A stretch of DNA of 64,000 nt from Trueperaceae bacterium (GCA_965214405.1 OZ243956.1:1664001-1728000), one strand, 5' to 3'; counted from the stretch's first letter, positions 9,106 to 19,736 are shown. A program made the numbers and translations. The notes: generated by a model not told the origin, from the sequence alone.

Positions 9106-9435
9106 TCATTTCGCATCATTAACGAGGTCGATAAGGAGCCGCGCCCGCGTGCCGCCCACCCAGGTGTCCTTTTTGAACTGCTTATGGTAAACGTCGATGG
9201 CGTGAGGGGAGGTCTCGACGGCTTTGTGCGCCCGCGCGAGCGAGTCGGCGCGCATGTACGAGAGCAGGTAGTCTTTGCCGTTAAGAGAAAGGTGGAACCA
9301 GGACTCGAGCTGAACGCCCTCATCTCGCAAGGTCGAAAGCGCCTCATCGATACGTTCGTTGATGGTTTGCGCCCACGCCTCAACCTTGTGAAGCGAATCG
9401 GGTTTTAGTTCGATAACGCCAGCGATAATTTCCAT
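9106..9435 (-). CDS. small conserved hypothetical protein (DUF6176-like)
   Basis: EALSTLRDEGVQLESWF...DYL..YM...S.HAID..HKQFK pattern. Confidence 0.65.
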   Translation of the reverse strand: MEIIAGVIELKPDSLHKVEAWAQTINERIDEALSTLRDEGVQLESWFHLSLNGKDYLLSYMRADSLARAHKAVETSPHAIDVYHKQFKKDTWVGGTRARLLIDLVNDAK

Positions 9436-9491
9436 AATGACCTTCTCTAAAGGAGCAAAAACGCGCCGGAAACCTGGTTCAGACGACCCGC

Positions 9492-10547
9492 TCAAACGAC
9501 AGGCAGCGTCATCAAGTTCTGAATACTGATCTGCCCCGCCAGCACCCGCGCCGCCTTCCGCAGCGCCTGCGCCTCCGGCGCGTCCGGTTCGGCCACGACG
9601 AGGGGCGCGCCCCGGTCGCCGCTCTCGCGCACGCGCCGCGTGATGGGGATTTCACCTAGAAGCGGTAGTCTTTCTTTTTCTGCAAAGGCCGCCGCGCCGC
9701 CCCTACCAAAAATATAGTCGCGCGAGCCGTCGGGGAGTGCGTAGTAGGACATGTTTTCAATGACGCCCAGGACGGGCACATGCGTTTTGCGCATCATCGT
9801 GTAGGCGCGCCGCACGTCTAAGAGCGCCACGTCCTGCGGCGTCGTCACCAGCACCGCGCCCGTAAGGGGCACGAGTTGGGACAAGGAGAGTTGTACGTCG
9901 CCCGTGCCGGGGGGCAGGTCCACAATCAGGTAATCAAGCTCGCCCCAGACCGTTTGCTTGAGAAGCTGCGTCAGCGTGCCGTGCAGAATCGGGCCGCGCC
10001 AGGTCAGGGCCTGACCGTCTTCGACTAAGTTGGCGATTGAAATCACCTTGACGCCGTGGTTGCGCAAAGGGATGATGTTTTTTTCGTCGTCGGCCATGAG
10101 ACGTTTGCCCTCGACCGAGAACATTTTGGCCTGCGAGGGGCCGTAGATGTCGGCGTCTAGGAGGGCGACGTTGACGCCCTCGAGCGCCAGACTCGCCGCT
10201 AAGTTGGCCGCCACCGTGGACTTGCCCACCCCGCCCTTGCCCGAGCCCACCGCGACGATGTTTTTCACGCCCGGCAGCCCCTCTTGCGGCGCGCCCCTGA
10301 CCTGCGAGCCAAAGGTGACGTCTATACTTTCGACGCCGGGCACCCGGCCCACCGCCGCCCTCACGTCGGCCTCAATTTTTCCTTTTAGGGGGCACGCGGG
10401 GGTGGTGAGGTCGATTTTAAGCGCGACCCGGCCCCCGTCGAGCGCGATGTCTTTGACCATCCCGAGGCTCACCAGATCTTTGTGAAGCTCGGGGTCGTTC
10501 ACCGTCTTTAGCGCGTCCAAGACGGTTTTTTGGCTCGGAGTCGTCAT
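9492..10547 (-). CDS. mrp: Mrp/NBP35 (ApbC) Fe-S cluster carrier ATPase
   Basis: DPEL...LTTPACP N-domain; GKGGVGKST, DADIYGPS, DLPPGTGD, VTTPQ, ENMS; TATTTT -10 element 6 nt before the ATG. Confidence 0.93.
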   Translation of the reverse strand: MTTPSQKTVLDALKTVNDPELHKDLVSLGMVKDIALDGGRVALKIDLTTPACPLKGKIEADVRAAVGRVPGVESIDVTFGSQVRGAPQEGLPGVKNIVAVGSGKGGVGKSTVAANLAASLALEGVNVALLDADIYGPSQAKMFSVEGKRLMADDEKNIIPLRNHGVKVISIANLVEDGQALTWRGPILHGTLTQLLKQTVWGELDYLIVDLPPGTGDVQLSLSQLVPLTGAVLVTTPQDVALLDVRRAYTMMRKTHVPVLGVIENMSYYALPDGSRDYIFGRGGAAAFAEKERLPLLGEIPITRRVRESGDRGAPLVVAEPDAPEAQALRKAARVLAGQISIQNLMTLPVV

Positions 10548-10762
10548 AGGGACAAAATAACACGGCGCTACCGGGACGTATGTCGGGGCTGGGTGAGGGG
10601 TCGGCAGGTCTCGAGGGATATCACAAGGAGTCACTTGGGCTATACTCTTCTTTGTGGCGGTCTCTCTGGTGGTCTCTGTGATGCTCTTCGTGGTTGTGGA
10701 CAAGTCAACGTCAGCCTTTGCGATGCTCATACCGGCGTCTCGAGTTCACACCTGGACGCGCG

Positions 10763-12121
10763 ATGGATCATAGCCTGCGGTATCAGGCCAAAAAGCCCTT
10801 CGCCACCTCCGGCTCGGTCAAAACCTTTGAGGGCGTCGACCCGCTCACGGGGCTGCCCGTGCTCATCTACCGCTTTCCGGCCCGCCCGACGCTGGCGGTG
10901 GGCGACCTCGATTCGGAAAACGTTCCGGGCGTTCTGGCGAGTGCTTACGATGGCGAGGGGCGTTTGGTGGTCGCCTATTCGCGCGAGTACGCGCCGCTCA
11001 AGGGGCCGCTGCCCGTCGACACGCTCATGCCGCTCGCCCTGGGGAGCGCGCGCGCGCTTTTAGACGCGGCGGAGGCCGGGGTGGTCCACGGCGACATCCG
11101 GCCCGAGCGCTTTTTGGTCGCGGGAGGGGACTTGCTGCTTGAGGGCTACGGCGTCGTCTGGGACGCGCCGAGCGAACCATATCGCGCGCCCGAACTCGGT
11201 GACGGGCCGCCGTCGCCCGCGGGCGACGTGTACGCCTGGGCGGGGGCGCTGCGGGACGCGTTGGGGAGCGGGATACCGGAGCGGCTCGAGCAGCTTTTTG
11301 CCCACTGTTTGTCCGAGAGTCCAGAAGACCGGCCCAGCGCCGAGGCGATTCACCGGGGGCTCGAGCTCCAGGTCGAGAGTTTGGCGCGCGCGTCCGCGGC
11401 GAGCGTCGCCGCCTACGCGGGCGGGGACGCGTTGCCCGCGTCTCCCCCGTCCCCTCCAGAGAGCGGCGCACAAGACCCGGAAGACACCGAGCCCATCTTG
11501 ATTCAGACCGGCTCGGGCACACCCTCGACGCAACCCGGCTCTCCGGCAGTCTACACAAGGGTGGATAAAGGGATGGGCGAGACTGTGAGCGAGAAGGGCG
11601 AAAAACCCGCTCGAGCCAGCAAGGGTGAGGAGGTCTTCGTTAGAGATTTACCCCCAGGCGGCGTCTACCGCGCGGGCTCCGAGGAGGGCGCAAATCCTCC
11701 CGCGCCCTTCGAACCGCCTCCCGATATCGTTTTGGAGGACGAGCGGCGGGGCGGCAGGCGTCTCATTTTGCTCGTGGCGCTCCTCGTCGGCGCGGCGCTC
11801 CTCGCGGTGCTCGCCTTTTTGGGGCGCGACACGGGCGTTACCGGACCCCGCAGCGCGGCGGCGCCTACCTACGCGCTGAGGGTGTCCGTCGAACCGCGCA
11901 CCATCGCCAACGCGGTGCTCCTGGCTATCGTAAGCCCCGACGGGTCTTCGCTTAATACGGGCGACGAAATCGCCTACGTGCCGGGCCGCGCCTCGCTCGA
12001 CGCCGCCGGGGTGTGGCGCTTGCAGGCACGGTACCAAGACCGCTTGTCCGCCCCCGTGAGCGTCCGCGTGCCCGAGGAGGATTCGGTGACGCTTGTATTT
12101 CCGGAGGTGCCGACGCAGTGA
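10763..12121 (+). CDS. protein-kinase-like (probable pseudokinase) single-pass membrane protein
   Basis: VHGDIRPERF, YRAPE, GDVYAW and CLSESPEDRPSA subdomains; Pro-rich linker; TM segment LILLVALLVGAALLAVLAFL. Confidence 0.72.
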   Translation: MDHSLRYQAKKPFATSGSVKTFEGVDPLTGLPVLIYRFPARPTLAVGDLDSENVPGVLASAYDGEGRLVVAYSREYAPLKGPLPVDTLMPLALGSARALLDAAEAGVVHGDIRPERFLVAGGDLLLEGYGVVWDAPSEPYRAPELGDGPPSPAGDVYAWAGALRDALGSGIPERLEQLFAHCLSESPEDRPSAEAIHRGLELQVESLARASAASVAAYAGGDALPASPPSPPESGAQDPEDTEPILIQTGSGTPSTQPGSPAVYTRVDKGMGETVSEKGEKPARASKGEEVFVRDLPPGGVYRAGSEEGANPPAPFEPPPDIVLEDERRGGRRLILLVALLVGAALLAVLAFLGRDTGVTGPRSAAAPTYALRVSVEPRTIANAVLLAIVSPDGSSLNTGDEIAYVPGRASLDAAGVWRLQARYQDRLSAPVSVRVPEEDSVTLVFPEVPTQ

Positions 12122-12235
12122 AAGGCAGGGGTGAGTGGGTAGTAAATAGTGGTGAGATGTTGTGGGGCGGACTCGAGTGAAGCTTCAGGTCTACGTGTGA
12201 CTAGAGCAAGTTCCAAAGTGAGGGTGTAAAAGGTT

Positions 12236-13813
12236 ATGTCAAGCATCACTCCCGGCACCGCCGCGCCCAACGCTCCATCCGGTTTGTCCAGCATCGCCGT
12301 CCTCGATTACGGCTCGCAGTACACCCGCCTCATCACGCGGCGGCTACGCGAGTTCGGCGTCTATTCGGTAATTTTGCCGGGGAGCGCGACGTTGGCGGAG
12401 ATTGAGGCGGAGCGTCCCAGGGGGGTGATTCTGTCGGGAGGACCGGCGAGCGTTTACGACGCGGGGGCGCTCGGCCTGCCGGAGGGATTGTTGGAGTCCA
12501 AGCTCCCGCTCTTGGCGATTTGCTACGGGATGCAGCTCGTGGCGCTCGCCTCTGGGGGTGAGGTGACGCGCTCGCCGGTGCGGGAGTATGGCAAGGCGGT
12601 CCTAAAGGACTACGGCGGCGCATTGTTTGGGGGCGTCGAGGGCGAGTTTGTCGCCTGGATGAGCCACGGCGACGCGGTCGAGACGCTCCCGCCGGGCTTT
12701 GCGGTCGTCGCCGCCACCGACGACACGCCGGTCGCCGCGATGGAGGACGCGGAGCGGGGCATCTTCTGTTTGCAGTTTCACCCCGAGGTGCGCCACACGC
12801 CCAAGGGTGACCGGCTCATCGAGACGTTCATCGGGCGAACCGGGATTACGCGCGACTGGACGCCGCAAAGTATCGTCGACGCCCTCACCGAGGAGGTGCG
12901 CCGCGAGGTTGGGGCGGAGCGCGTGCTGTTGGGTATTTCGGGCGGGGTGGACTCGAGCACCCTGGGCCTCCTCTTGCACCACGCGCTGGGTGACCAGCTT
13001 TCCGCCGTATTCGTCGACCACGGCCTCTTACGGTTGGGTGAGGCCGAAGAGGTAGAGAGAGCGCTGCGTGACTTAGGCGTCAACCTCACGGTTATCAACG
13101 CGTCGGAGCGTTTTTTGGGGGCGCTGGTGTGTGTAACCGACCCGGAAGAAAAGCGCAAAATCATTGGCCGCGAGTTCATCGAAGTCTTCACCACCGAAGC
13201 GGCGGCGCAAGCGCAACGCGGCAAGATTAAATTCCTGGCCCAGGGCACGCTCTACCCCGACGTGATCGAGTCGGCGGGTGGGCACGGCGCGGCCAACATC
13301 AAGTCGCACCACAACGTCGGCGGGCTGCCCGAAAAGCTGGACTTTACGCTGCTCGAGCCCTTCCGCACCCTTTTCAAAGACGAGGTCCGCGAGATTGCGC
13401 ACACGCTAGGGCTACCCCCGCACCTGCGCGACCGCCACCCCTTCCCCGGCCCCGGCCTGGCGATCCGCTGCCTCGGCGAGGTGACGCAGGAGCGCTTGGA
13501 GACGCTGCGCCAGGTGGACGACATTTTTATCAGCGCGCTGCGCGAGTTTGGACTATACGACGAAACCTGGCAGGCCTTGGCGGTTCTCACCCCGCTACGC
13601 TCGGTCGGGGTGATGGGCGACGGGCGCACCTATGAAAATACTGTGGCGCTGCGGGCGGTCTCGAGCGTGGACGGCATGACCGCCGACTGGACCCGTTTGC
13701 CGCACGACTTTTTAGCCACCGTCTCCAACCGCATCGTCAACAGCGTGGCGCGCGTGAACCGGGTGGTGTACGACATTACCAGCAAGCCGCCGGGGACGAT
13801 TGAGTGGGAGTAA
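12236..13813 (+). CDS. guaA: GMP synthase (glutamine-hydrolysing)
   Basis: [55 protein letters not shown]. Confidence 0.98.
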   Translation: MSSITPGTAAPNAPSGLSSIAVLDYGSQYTRLITRRLREFGVYSVILPGSATLAEIEAERPRGVILSGGPASVYDAGALGLPEGLLESKLPLLAICYGMQLVALASGGEVTRSPVREYGKAVLKDYGGALFGGVEGEFVAWMSHGDAVETLPPGFAVVAATDDTPVAAMEDAERGIFCLQFHPEVRHTPKGDRLIETFIGRTGITRDWTPQSIVDALTEEVRREVGAERVLLGISGGVDSSTLGLLLHHALGDQLSAVFVDHGLLRLGEAEEVERALRDLGVNLTVINASERFLGALVCVTDPEEKRKIIGREFIEVFTTEAAAQAQRGKIKFLAQGTLYPDVIESAGGHGAANIKSHHNVGGLPEKLDFTLLEPFRTLFKDEVREIAHTLGLPPHLRDRHPFPGPGLAIRCLGEVTQERLETLRQVDDIFISALREFGLYDETWQALAVLTPLRSVGVMGDGRTYENTVALRAVSSVDGMTADWTRLPHDFLATVSNRIVNSVARVNRVVYDITSKPPGTIEWE

Positions 13814-13817
13814 GCAG

Positions 13818-14288
13818 ATGAGAGACGAGCGTTTCAGAGCAGTTCATCGCGGCGGTCCGCTGGGTCTTCAAGAGCATCGTCTGCTCGCTAGGTGGGCGGC
13901 AGCGTGTGCAGAGCACGTGCTCCCCCTGTTTAGCCGTTCGTATCCACAAGATGAGCGACCTCGGCAGGCCGTCGAGGCGGTAAGAGCCTGGTCTTATGGA
14001 AACCTCACCGTTGGTGAAGCGCGTGCCGCAGCCACTGAGGCACACGCCGCCGCACGAGAAGCGGCTGAGACTGAGGCGCGTTATGTTGCGCGCGCAGCAG
14101 CTCACGCGGTAGCGACGGCTCACATGGCCGACCACGCGTTAGAGGCGGCTATCTATGCGGTAAAAGCCGTTAAGGCAGCGACGAAAAACCAAGCTGGAAC
14201 AGCCGTTGAGCAGGAGCGTAGCTGGCAGAAAGCACGTTTGCCGGAAGAGATTGGGAAGTTGGTGTTGTCTACGCTCGAGCAGAAGTAG
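13818..14288 (+). CDS. putative immunity protein (Imm5-like, Ala-rich helical)
   Basis: HRLLARWAAACAEHVL..F.....DERPRQA...W...AARAAAHAVATAH..HA..AA.YA...ERSWQ pattern. Confidence 0.7.
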   Translation: MRDERFRAVHRGGPLGLQEHRLLARWAAACAEHVLPLFSRSYPQDERPRQAVEAVRAWSYGNLTVGEARAAATEAHAAAREAAETEARYVARAAAHAVATAHMADHALEAAIYAVKAVKAATKNQAGTAVEQERSWQKARLPEEIGKLVLSTLEQK

Positions 14289-14464
14289 GTTGTCTAAGCT
14301 TGTGAGTCGCCCAACTAAGCTCAGTCGCCGCCACCTTTTGCAGCAACTCCGTCACGCTTCTGACGCATCCCCTCCACCCAATTAAAACGTTACTCGGGCA
14401 ATTTTCCCTGAGGGGGTTCCCCTTTTGACGAAAGCTACGCTCTGTCGTTGAACCTCTAGCATCC

Positions 14465-14493
14465 TTGATAACAGATGATTATTGGATTATAGT
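14465..14493 (+). promoter_or_regulatory. sigma70 promoter of the TA operon (leaderless type)
   Basis: TTGATA-N17-TATAGT, with ATG 6 nt downstream at 14500. Confidence 0.65.
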
Positions 14494-14499
14494 TGGTTT

Positions 14500-15165
14500 A
14501 TGAATAGCATACTTGTAAATGCCAATCGCACTCCGTTTGCTAACCGGGCAGTAGCCGGAGAGGCAGTGGCTGTGTTTAGCCGAGCGGAAGCGATGGGTCT
14601 ATTTTCTTCGGAAGCGTGCAGAGACTCCACTCTCGGCGCCGCCTGCTTTGACAGGCTGCTCGAGAGCCTTTCACAAGCGGGGGTGGCTCGAGCCGCCGTG
14701 GCCCAATATAGAGCAGCGCAAGATGCAGACCGAGAGTCCGATACGTCTTGGTCCGATACGTCTTGGCTCCGGGGCTGGTTTGGAAACCTTAGGGACGTTC
14801 TGGACGACTCGCCCATACCGGAATATGAGTGGACCTCCGCCAAACGTTACTTCGACAACGACGGGCTCGCCCGGCTGCTGGATATTTCTCCTGCGAGCGT
14901 CAACCGCTACGCCTCAGGCGAACGCGCCACACCTCAGGGCGTCGCCACCCGGCTCCACTGGCTCATGCTCGTCGTCGGCGATTTGCTGGGGTCTTATAAC
15001 GCCTTTGGCGTGCGCCGCTGGTTCGCGCGGCCACGCACCGCTTTGGGGGGACATTCACCTGAGGATGTTCTCGTTAGCATCGAGGGCGGCTGGACACCGG
15101 AGCAGCCCGAGGTCGCAAAGGTCCGCGAGCTTGCGCGCGCGCTGACCGCTCAGGGCGCGACGTGA
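14500..15165 (+). CDS. Xre/MbcA/ParS-type antitoxin (HTH plus C-terminal toxin-binding domain)
   Basis: LARLLDISPASVNRYASGER HTH; GVRRWFARPRTALGGHSPEDVL C-terminal motif; GTGA overlap with the RES gene. Confidence 0.78.
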   Translation: MNSILVNANRTPFANRAVAGEAVAVFSRAEAMGLFSSEACRDSTLGAACFDRLLESLSQAGVARAAVAQYRAAQDADRESDTSWSDTSWLRGWFGNLRDVLDDSPIPEYEWTSAKRYFDNDGLARLLDISPASVNRYASGERATPQGVATRLHWLMLVVGDLLGSYNAFGVRRWFARPRTALGGHSPEDVLVSIEGGWTPEQPEVAKVRELARALTAQGAT

Positions 15166-15686
15166 TCGGCTACCGGCACGCGGACGCGCGTTACCCGTTT
15201 CTGTGGGAGGCTGTTGATCAGCCTGCCGCACGCTGGCACGCATGGGGCGAGGGACCCGCGCATTACTTTGCCAGCAGCCCGGACGGTGCCTGGGCGGAGT
15301 TTTTGCGTCACGAAGAGATTACCGACCCTGCCGACTTGGAGACGGTTCGGCGCGCCCTTTGGGTGGCAGATTTGGGGGAGGAAGCCGCCGTGACCCCAGA
15401 CTTGCCGGAGGAGGTGCCGAGGGGGGGGCTCGAGAGCTACCCCGCGTGCCAGGACGCGGCGCGGGAGTTAAGAGGGCGCGGCGTCACCCACTTGGAAATA
15501 CCCTCAGCCGCGTTGCAAGCTATGGGCGCGCTTGGTTGGGTGGTCGATAGAGGCCTCAAACCCGTTCCTCAAAATGGTAAGGTCATCGTCCTCTTTGGTC
15601 CGCAACCGAACCTTGTGGGCTGGCTCGCCGCTATAGGCGGGCCGCGGGCGGACCTGTTGGAGCGGGTGAGGTATTTGGGTAGCTAA
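15162..15686 (+). CDS. RES-domain protein (putative NAD+-consuming toxin)
   Basis: ARW...HYFASSPDGAWAEF...Y.ACQ.AA......LEIPSAA supplies the R, E and S residues. Confidence 0.8.
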   Translation: MIGYRHADARYPFLWEAVDQPAARWHAWGEGPAHYFASSPDGAWAEFLRHEEITDPADLETVRRALWVADLGEEAAVTPDLPEEVPRGGLESYPACQDAARELRGRGVTHLEIPSAALQAMGALGWVVDRGLKPVPQNGKVIVLFGPQPNLVGWLAAIGGPRADLLERVRYLGS

Positions 15687-15760
15687 GCTTATGAAATAGT
15701 TGTGCTCTTTTTTATCTTTAGGCTGGTCTTTATCTTTTTTACGCTTAGGAAGCAGCAAAA

Positions 15761-16045
15761 TCAAACTGCTCGCTTGAACGGGTAAATGTCAAAACTTTGC
15801 CACACCCCCTCGAGCGTGTAGATATCGTTTTGTAGAAAAGTCTCGAGGGCTGCTCTCGAGTCTACCTCAACGATAAGCGCAGAGCCTATCATTGTCCCCT
15901 CGTCGTCTAATAACGCGCCGCCCGACTGCACCATCCCAGCTTCGACGGCGGGCTTAATGGCCTCTAAATGCGCGTCACGCACCCGCTGGCGGCGGGCGGG
16001 TGCGTCGGGGTCGGTGCCGTCTTTAATAATCACAAGGTACGTCAC
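15761..16045 (-). CDS. YciI family protein
   Basis: D......RR..VR.AHL...GGALLDD.G.MIGS.LIVE...DIY...GVW. Confidence 0.9.
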   Translation of the reverse strand: MTYLVIIKDGTDPDAPARRQRVRDAHLEAIKPAVEAGMVQSGGALLDDEGTMIGSALIVEVDSRAALETFLQNDIYTLEGVWQSFDIYPFKRAV

Positions 16046-16102
16046 GGATTCCTCCTCTTCCTACTTTAAGGCGTGAAAGAGCTTCAGGCACGCCAAAACA
16101 AA

Positions 16103-16156
16103 TTTGATACAACCTCACTCATATCTCTTGACATTACCACACCGCGTTGTTATACT
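16103..16156 (+). promoter_or_regulatory. dnaK promoter with upstream HAIR-like (HspR) operator
   Basis: TTGACA(16128-16133)-N17-TATACT(16151-16156); TTTGATA-N7-ACTCATA (16103-16123) resembles HAIR CTTGAGT-N7-ACTCAAG. Confidence 0.7.
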
Positions 16157-16264
16157 CTCTCCTAGTGCAAGTGTCTTGCGTGGGGGCGCATGAATTTTTA
16201 CAATATTACAGCCGAAACCCACCGCAAGAGCGACGCAAACCCATTAACCATTTAAGGAGACATC

Positions 16265-18142
16265 ATGGCAAAAGCAGTCGGTATCGACTTAGGCACCACG
16301 AACAGCGTGATCGCGGTGATGGAGGGCGGCGAGCCCACCGTGCTCGTCAACAGCGAGGGCAACCGCACCACGCCGTCGGTGGTCGCGTTCAAAGACGATC
16401 AGCGTTTGGTCGGGCAGGTCGCCAAGCGGCAGGCGGTCTTGAACCCCGCGGGTACGCTTTTTGAGGTCAAGCGCTACATTGGCCGCACCTGGGACGAGGT
16501 CAAAGAAGAGGCCGAGCGTTCGCCCTACGAAGTCGTGCGCGGCGACGACGGCGGCGTGCGTTTTGTGGTGGGCAGCAAGAAGTACACCCCCGAAGAGGTC
16601 TCGGCGATGGTCTTGCGCAAGCTTGTGGACGACGCGTCCGCGACGCTGGGCGAGAAAATCACCAAGGCGGTCGTCACCGTGCCCGCGTACTTTAACAACT
16701 CGCAGCGCGAGGCGACCCAGAACGCGGGTAAGGTCGCAGGTTTGGACGTGCTGCGCATCGTCAACGAACCCACCGCGGCGGCGCTCGCGTACGGGCTCGA
16801 CAAAAAAGGCAACGAGACGGTTTTGGTTTTTGACTTAGGCGGCGGCACCTTCGACGTGTCGGTCTTGGAAGTGGGCGACGGCGTGTTCGAAGTGCGCTCG
16901 ACCTCGGGTGACACGCACCTGGGCGGCTCGGACTTTGACTACGCGATTGTCACCTGGCTCGCCGACGACTTCAAAAAGGAATACAACGTCGATCTGCGCA
17001 AAGACAAACAGGCGTTGCAGCGCCTCTTGGAAGCCGCGGAAAAGGCCAAAATCGAACTCTCCGGCCTCCCCGAGACGACCATCAGCTTGCCTTTCATTGC
17101 GATGGACCCCGGCTCGAACGCGCCCTTGTACTTGGAGAAAAAGCTCACCCGGAGCAAGTTAGAAGAACTCATCAGCCCGCTCCTCAACCGTATCCGCGGC
17201 CCCGTCGAGGCAGCCTTGAAAGACGCGAAGCTGTCGAAGAACGACATCAACGAGGTGCTCTTGGTGGGCGGCTCGACCCGCGTCCCGGCGGTCAAGAAAA
17301 TCGTCAAGGACATGCTCGGCAAAGAGCCCAACCAGTCGGTCAACCCGGACGAGGTCGTGGCGCTGGGCGCGGCCATCCAGGCGGGCGTGCTGACGGGCGA
17401 CGTGGAAGACATCGTGCTCCTCGACGTGACCCCGCTCTCGCTGGGTGTCGAGACGAAGGGCGGCGTGTTCACCAAGCTCATCGACCGCAACACCACCGTG
17501 CCTGTTCGCAAGGCCGAAACATTCACGACGGCTGAAAACAACCAGACGGGCGTCGAGGTCCACGTGCTCCAGGGCGAGCGCGCGATGGCGGGAGCGAACA
17601 AGTCGCTGGGCCGCTTTAAGCTGGAAGGCTTTCCGGCGATGCCCGCGGGAATGCCGCAGGTCGAAATCACTTACGACATCGACGCCAACGGCATCTTGCA
17701 CGTAACCGCCAAGGAAAAGTCGACGGGCAAGGAAGCGTCCATCACCATCCAGAACACCACGACGCTCTCCGAAGACGAAGTCGAGCGCATGGTGCAAGAC
17801 GCCGCCGCGCACTCCGAGGAGGACCGCCAGGCGCGCGAGTACGCCGAGGCCAAGAACACGCTCGACAGCCTCCGCGCGGGGGCGCGGAAACTGGTCGAGG
17901 ACTCGAGCAGCGCCCCCGACGACGTCAAGCAGCCTGTCATCCAGGCCGCCGACGACGCGGAAAGCGCGATCAACAGCAACGCGCCCAAGGAGCGGCTCGA
18001 GGAACTCCAGCGCACCCTCACCGAACGGATGCAGGCGTTGCAGAGCGCCTCGCAAGCGGGTGACGACACAGAAACCGGGCAGCAACAGCCTCCCACCGAA
18101 GACGACGACGTGATCGACGCCGACTTCAAACCCGCGGGGTAA
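16265..18142 (+). CDS. dnaK: chaperone DnaK
   Basis: [45 protein letters not shown]. Confidence 0.99.
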   Translation: MAKAVGIDLGTTNSVIAVMEGGEPTVLVNSEGNRTTPSVVAFKDDQRLVGQVAKRQAVLNPAGTLFEVKRYIGRTWDEVKEEAERSPYEVVRGDDGGVRFVVGSKKYTPEEVSAMVLRKLVDDASATLGEKITKAVVTVPAYFNNSQREATQNAGKVAGLDVLRIVNEPTAAALAYGLDKKGNETVLVFDLGGGTFDVSVLEVGDGVFEVRSTSGDTHLGGSDFDYAIVTWLADDFKKEYNVDLRKDKQALQRLLEAAEKAKIELSGLPETTISLPFIAMDPGSNAPLYLEKKLTRSKLEELISPLLNRIRGPVEAALKDAKLSKNDINEVLLVGGSTRVPAVKKIVKDMLGKEPNQSVNPDEVVALGAAIQAGVLTGDVEDIVLLDVTPLSLGVETKGGVFTKLIDRNTTVPVRKAETFTTAENNQTGVEVHVLQGERAMAGANKSLGRFKLEGFPAMPAGMPQVEITYDIDANGILHVTAKEKSTGKEASITIQNTTTLSEDEVERMVQDAAAHSEEDRQAREYAEAKNTLDSLRAGARKLVEDSSSAPDDVKQPVIQAADDAESAINSNAPKERLEELQRTLTERMQALQSASQAGDDTETGQQQPPTEDDDVIDADFKPAG

Positions 18143-18145
18143 GTG

Positions 18146-18784
18146 ATGAAGATTGACGACCTAAACCAAAATCCAGCGGATACGGACCCAACCGACATGG
18201 ACTCAGCAAACATGGACCCAGCAGACATGGACAAGGTGCAGCAAACGGCGCGTAGCGAGGGGGAAACCCCCGCCGCGCCGTCCGGGGACGTTCAAGACGG
18301 TGACGTCGAGATTCTCCGCAGCGAACTCTCGACCATGCAGACGCGTTTAGACGAGGCCAAGACGCAGAGCGACGAGATGAAAAACCGTTACTTGCGGGCT
18401 CGGGCGGACTTAGAAAACTACCGCCGCCGCAGCGCGCAAGACCTCGAGCGCGCACGCGAGTCGGGGCAGGACAGCGCGGTTTTGACCGTTTTGACTGTTT
18501 ACGACGACTTGGGTCGCGCGTTGGACGTGGTGGGCGACGACCCCGGCAAAATCATCCCCGGCGTCGAAGCGGTGCGAAGCGGGCTCAAGCGCAACCTGGC
18601 GGCCTTAGGGATAAAAGAAGTGGGCGCGAAGGACGACGCGTTCGACCCCGACTTGCACGAGGCGCTCTCGAGCCTCCCCGCTGCTGACGAGAGCCAAAAG
18701 GGCACCATTGCCGAGGTGTTTCAGGTGGGGTTTGTCAAAAACGACCGGTTGGTGCGGCCTGCGCGCGTCGTCGTGTACCAGTAA
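18146..18784 (+). CDS. grpE: nucleotide exchange factor GrpE
   Basis: YLRARADLENYRRR, FDPDLHEA, GF...DRLVRPARVVV; follows dnaK. Confidence 0.96.
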   Translation: MKIDDLNQNPADTDPTDMDSANMDPADMDKVQQTARSEGETPAAPSGDVQDGDVEILRSELSTMQTRLDEAKTQSDEMKNRYLRARADLENYRRRSAQDLERARESGQDSAVLTVLTVYDDLGRALDVVGDDPGKIIPGVEAVRSGLKRNLAALGIKEVGAKDDAFDPDLHEALSSLPAADESQKGTIAEVFQVGFVKNDRLVRPARVVVYQ

Positions 18785-18793
18785 GGAGGCGCG

Positions 18794-19723
18794 GTGGCGG
18801 CTTACAAAGACTACTACACCACGCTCGGCGTGCCCAAAACGGCCACCCAAAAAGAGATCCGTTCGGCCTTTCGTAAGCTGGCCGCCAAGCACCACCCCGA
18901 CCGCAACCCTGATGACGCAGGGGCCGAGGAGCGCTTCAAGGAAGTTAACGAGGCTTACACGGTTCTTTCGGACGAAGAGAAGCGGAAGTTTTACGACCAG
19001 TACGGCTCGACGGACGGACGTCCGCCGTTTGCGCCCGGCGCAGGAGGCGGTTTCGGCGGCGCGGGCGGGGTTAGTCCTGAAAACTTAGGCGACTTTAGCG
19101 ACTTTTTCCAGACGCTTTTCGGCGGGGGCGGCGTTCGCTTTGGCGAGGGCGGGCGAGGGCGCACCATCTTTACGGGCGGCGCGGACCCGTTTGGCGGCTT
19201 CGCGCAGCGTCAGCCCCTCCAGCAAGACGTCGAGGGCACGGTGACGGTGGGCCTCGGTGAAGCCTACCGGGGCTCGAGCACCACCATTGAAGTGGACGGA
19301 CGGCGCATTGAAGTCACCCTACCCAAGGGTGCCAGAGACGGCTCAAAGCTCCGGCTGCGCGGTCAGGCTCCGGGCGGCGGCGACCTCTACCTCACCATCA
19401 AGTTAGAGAAGCACCCGCGTTTTGAACTTGACGGCGACAACGTCCGCGTCACCGTGGACGTGCCCGACTACCGCGCCGTGTTGGGCGGCTCCGTGCGGGT
19501 GCCGACCCTGGACGGCGACGTGGAGATGACGCTTCCTGAAAACAGCCAGAGCGGGCGCGTGCTGAGACTGCGCGGTCAAGGTTGGCTCAGGCGCGACGGC
19601 GCGCGCGGCGACGAGTTGGCCGAGGTTCGCGTGACGGTTCCTCCCAAAGTCAGTCAGGAGCAGCTCGAGCTTTATCAGAAGTTAGAGGCGCTCGAGACCG
19701 CCCAACCCGAGGCCGCCGCGTGA
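18794..19723 (+). CDS. dnaJ: DnaJ-class co-chaperone (class B, no zinc finger)
   Basis: J domain with HPD, G/F-rich region and C-terminal domain; AAGGAGG RBS. Confidence 0.93.
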   Translation: MAAYKDYYTTLGVPKTATQKEIRSAFRKLAAKHHPDRNPDDAGAEERFKEVNEAYTVLSDEEKRKFYDQYGSTDGRPPFAPGAGGGFGGAGGVSPENLGDFSDFFQTLFGGGGVRFGEGGRGRTIFTGGADPFGGFAQRQPLQQDVEGTVTVGLGEAYRGSSTTIEVDGRRIEVTLPKGARDGSKLRLRGQAPGGGDLYLTIKLEKHPRFELDGDNVRVTVDVPDYRAVLGGSVRVPTLDGDVEMTLPENSQSGRVLRLRGQGWLRRDGARGDELAEVRVTVPPKVSQEQLELYQKLEALETAQPEAAA

Positions 19724-19736
19724 AGGCGGCCTTTTT
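19709..19736 (+). terminator. intrinsic terminator after dnaJ
   Basis: AGGCCGCC-gcgtgaa-GGCGGCCT followed by TTTT. Confidence 0.65.

Noticed and set aside
10548..10730. Thr-rich N-terminal extension of Mrp in the ORF track
   Set aside because: A -10 element 6 nt before the ATG at 10547 and the family N-terminus support the shorter start
17159..18085. Long antisense ORFs over dnaK and other GC-rich genes
   Set aside because: Shadow ORFs arising from codon bias on the opposite strand of well-supported genes
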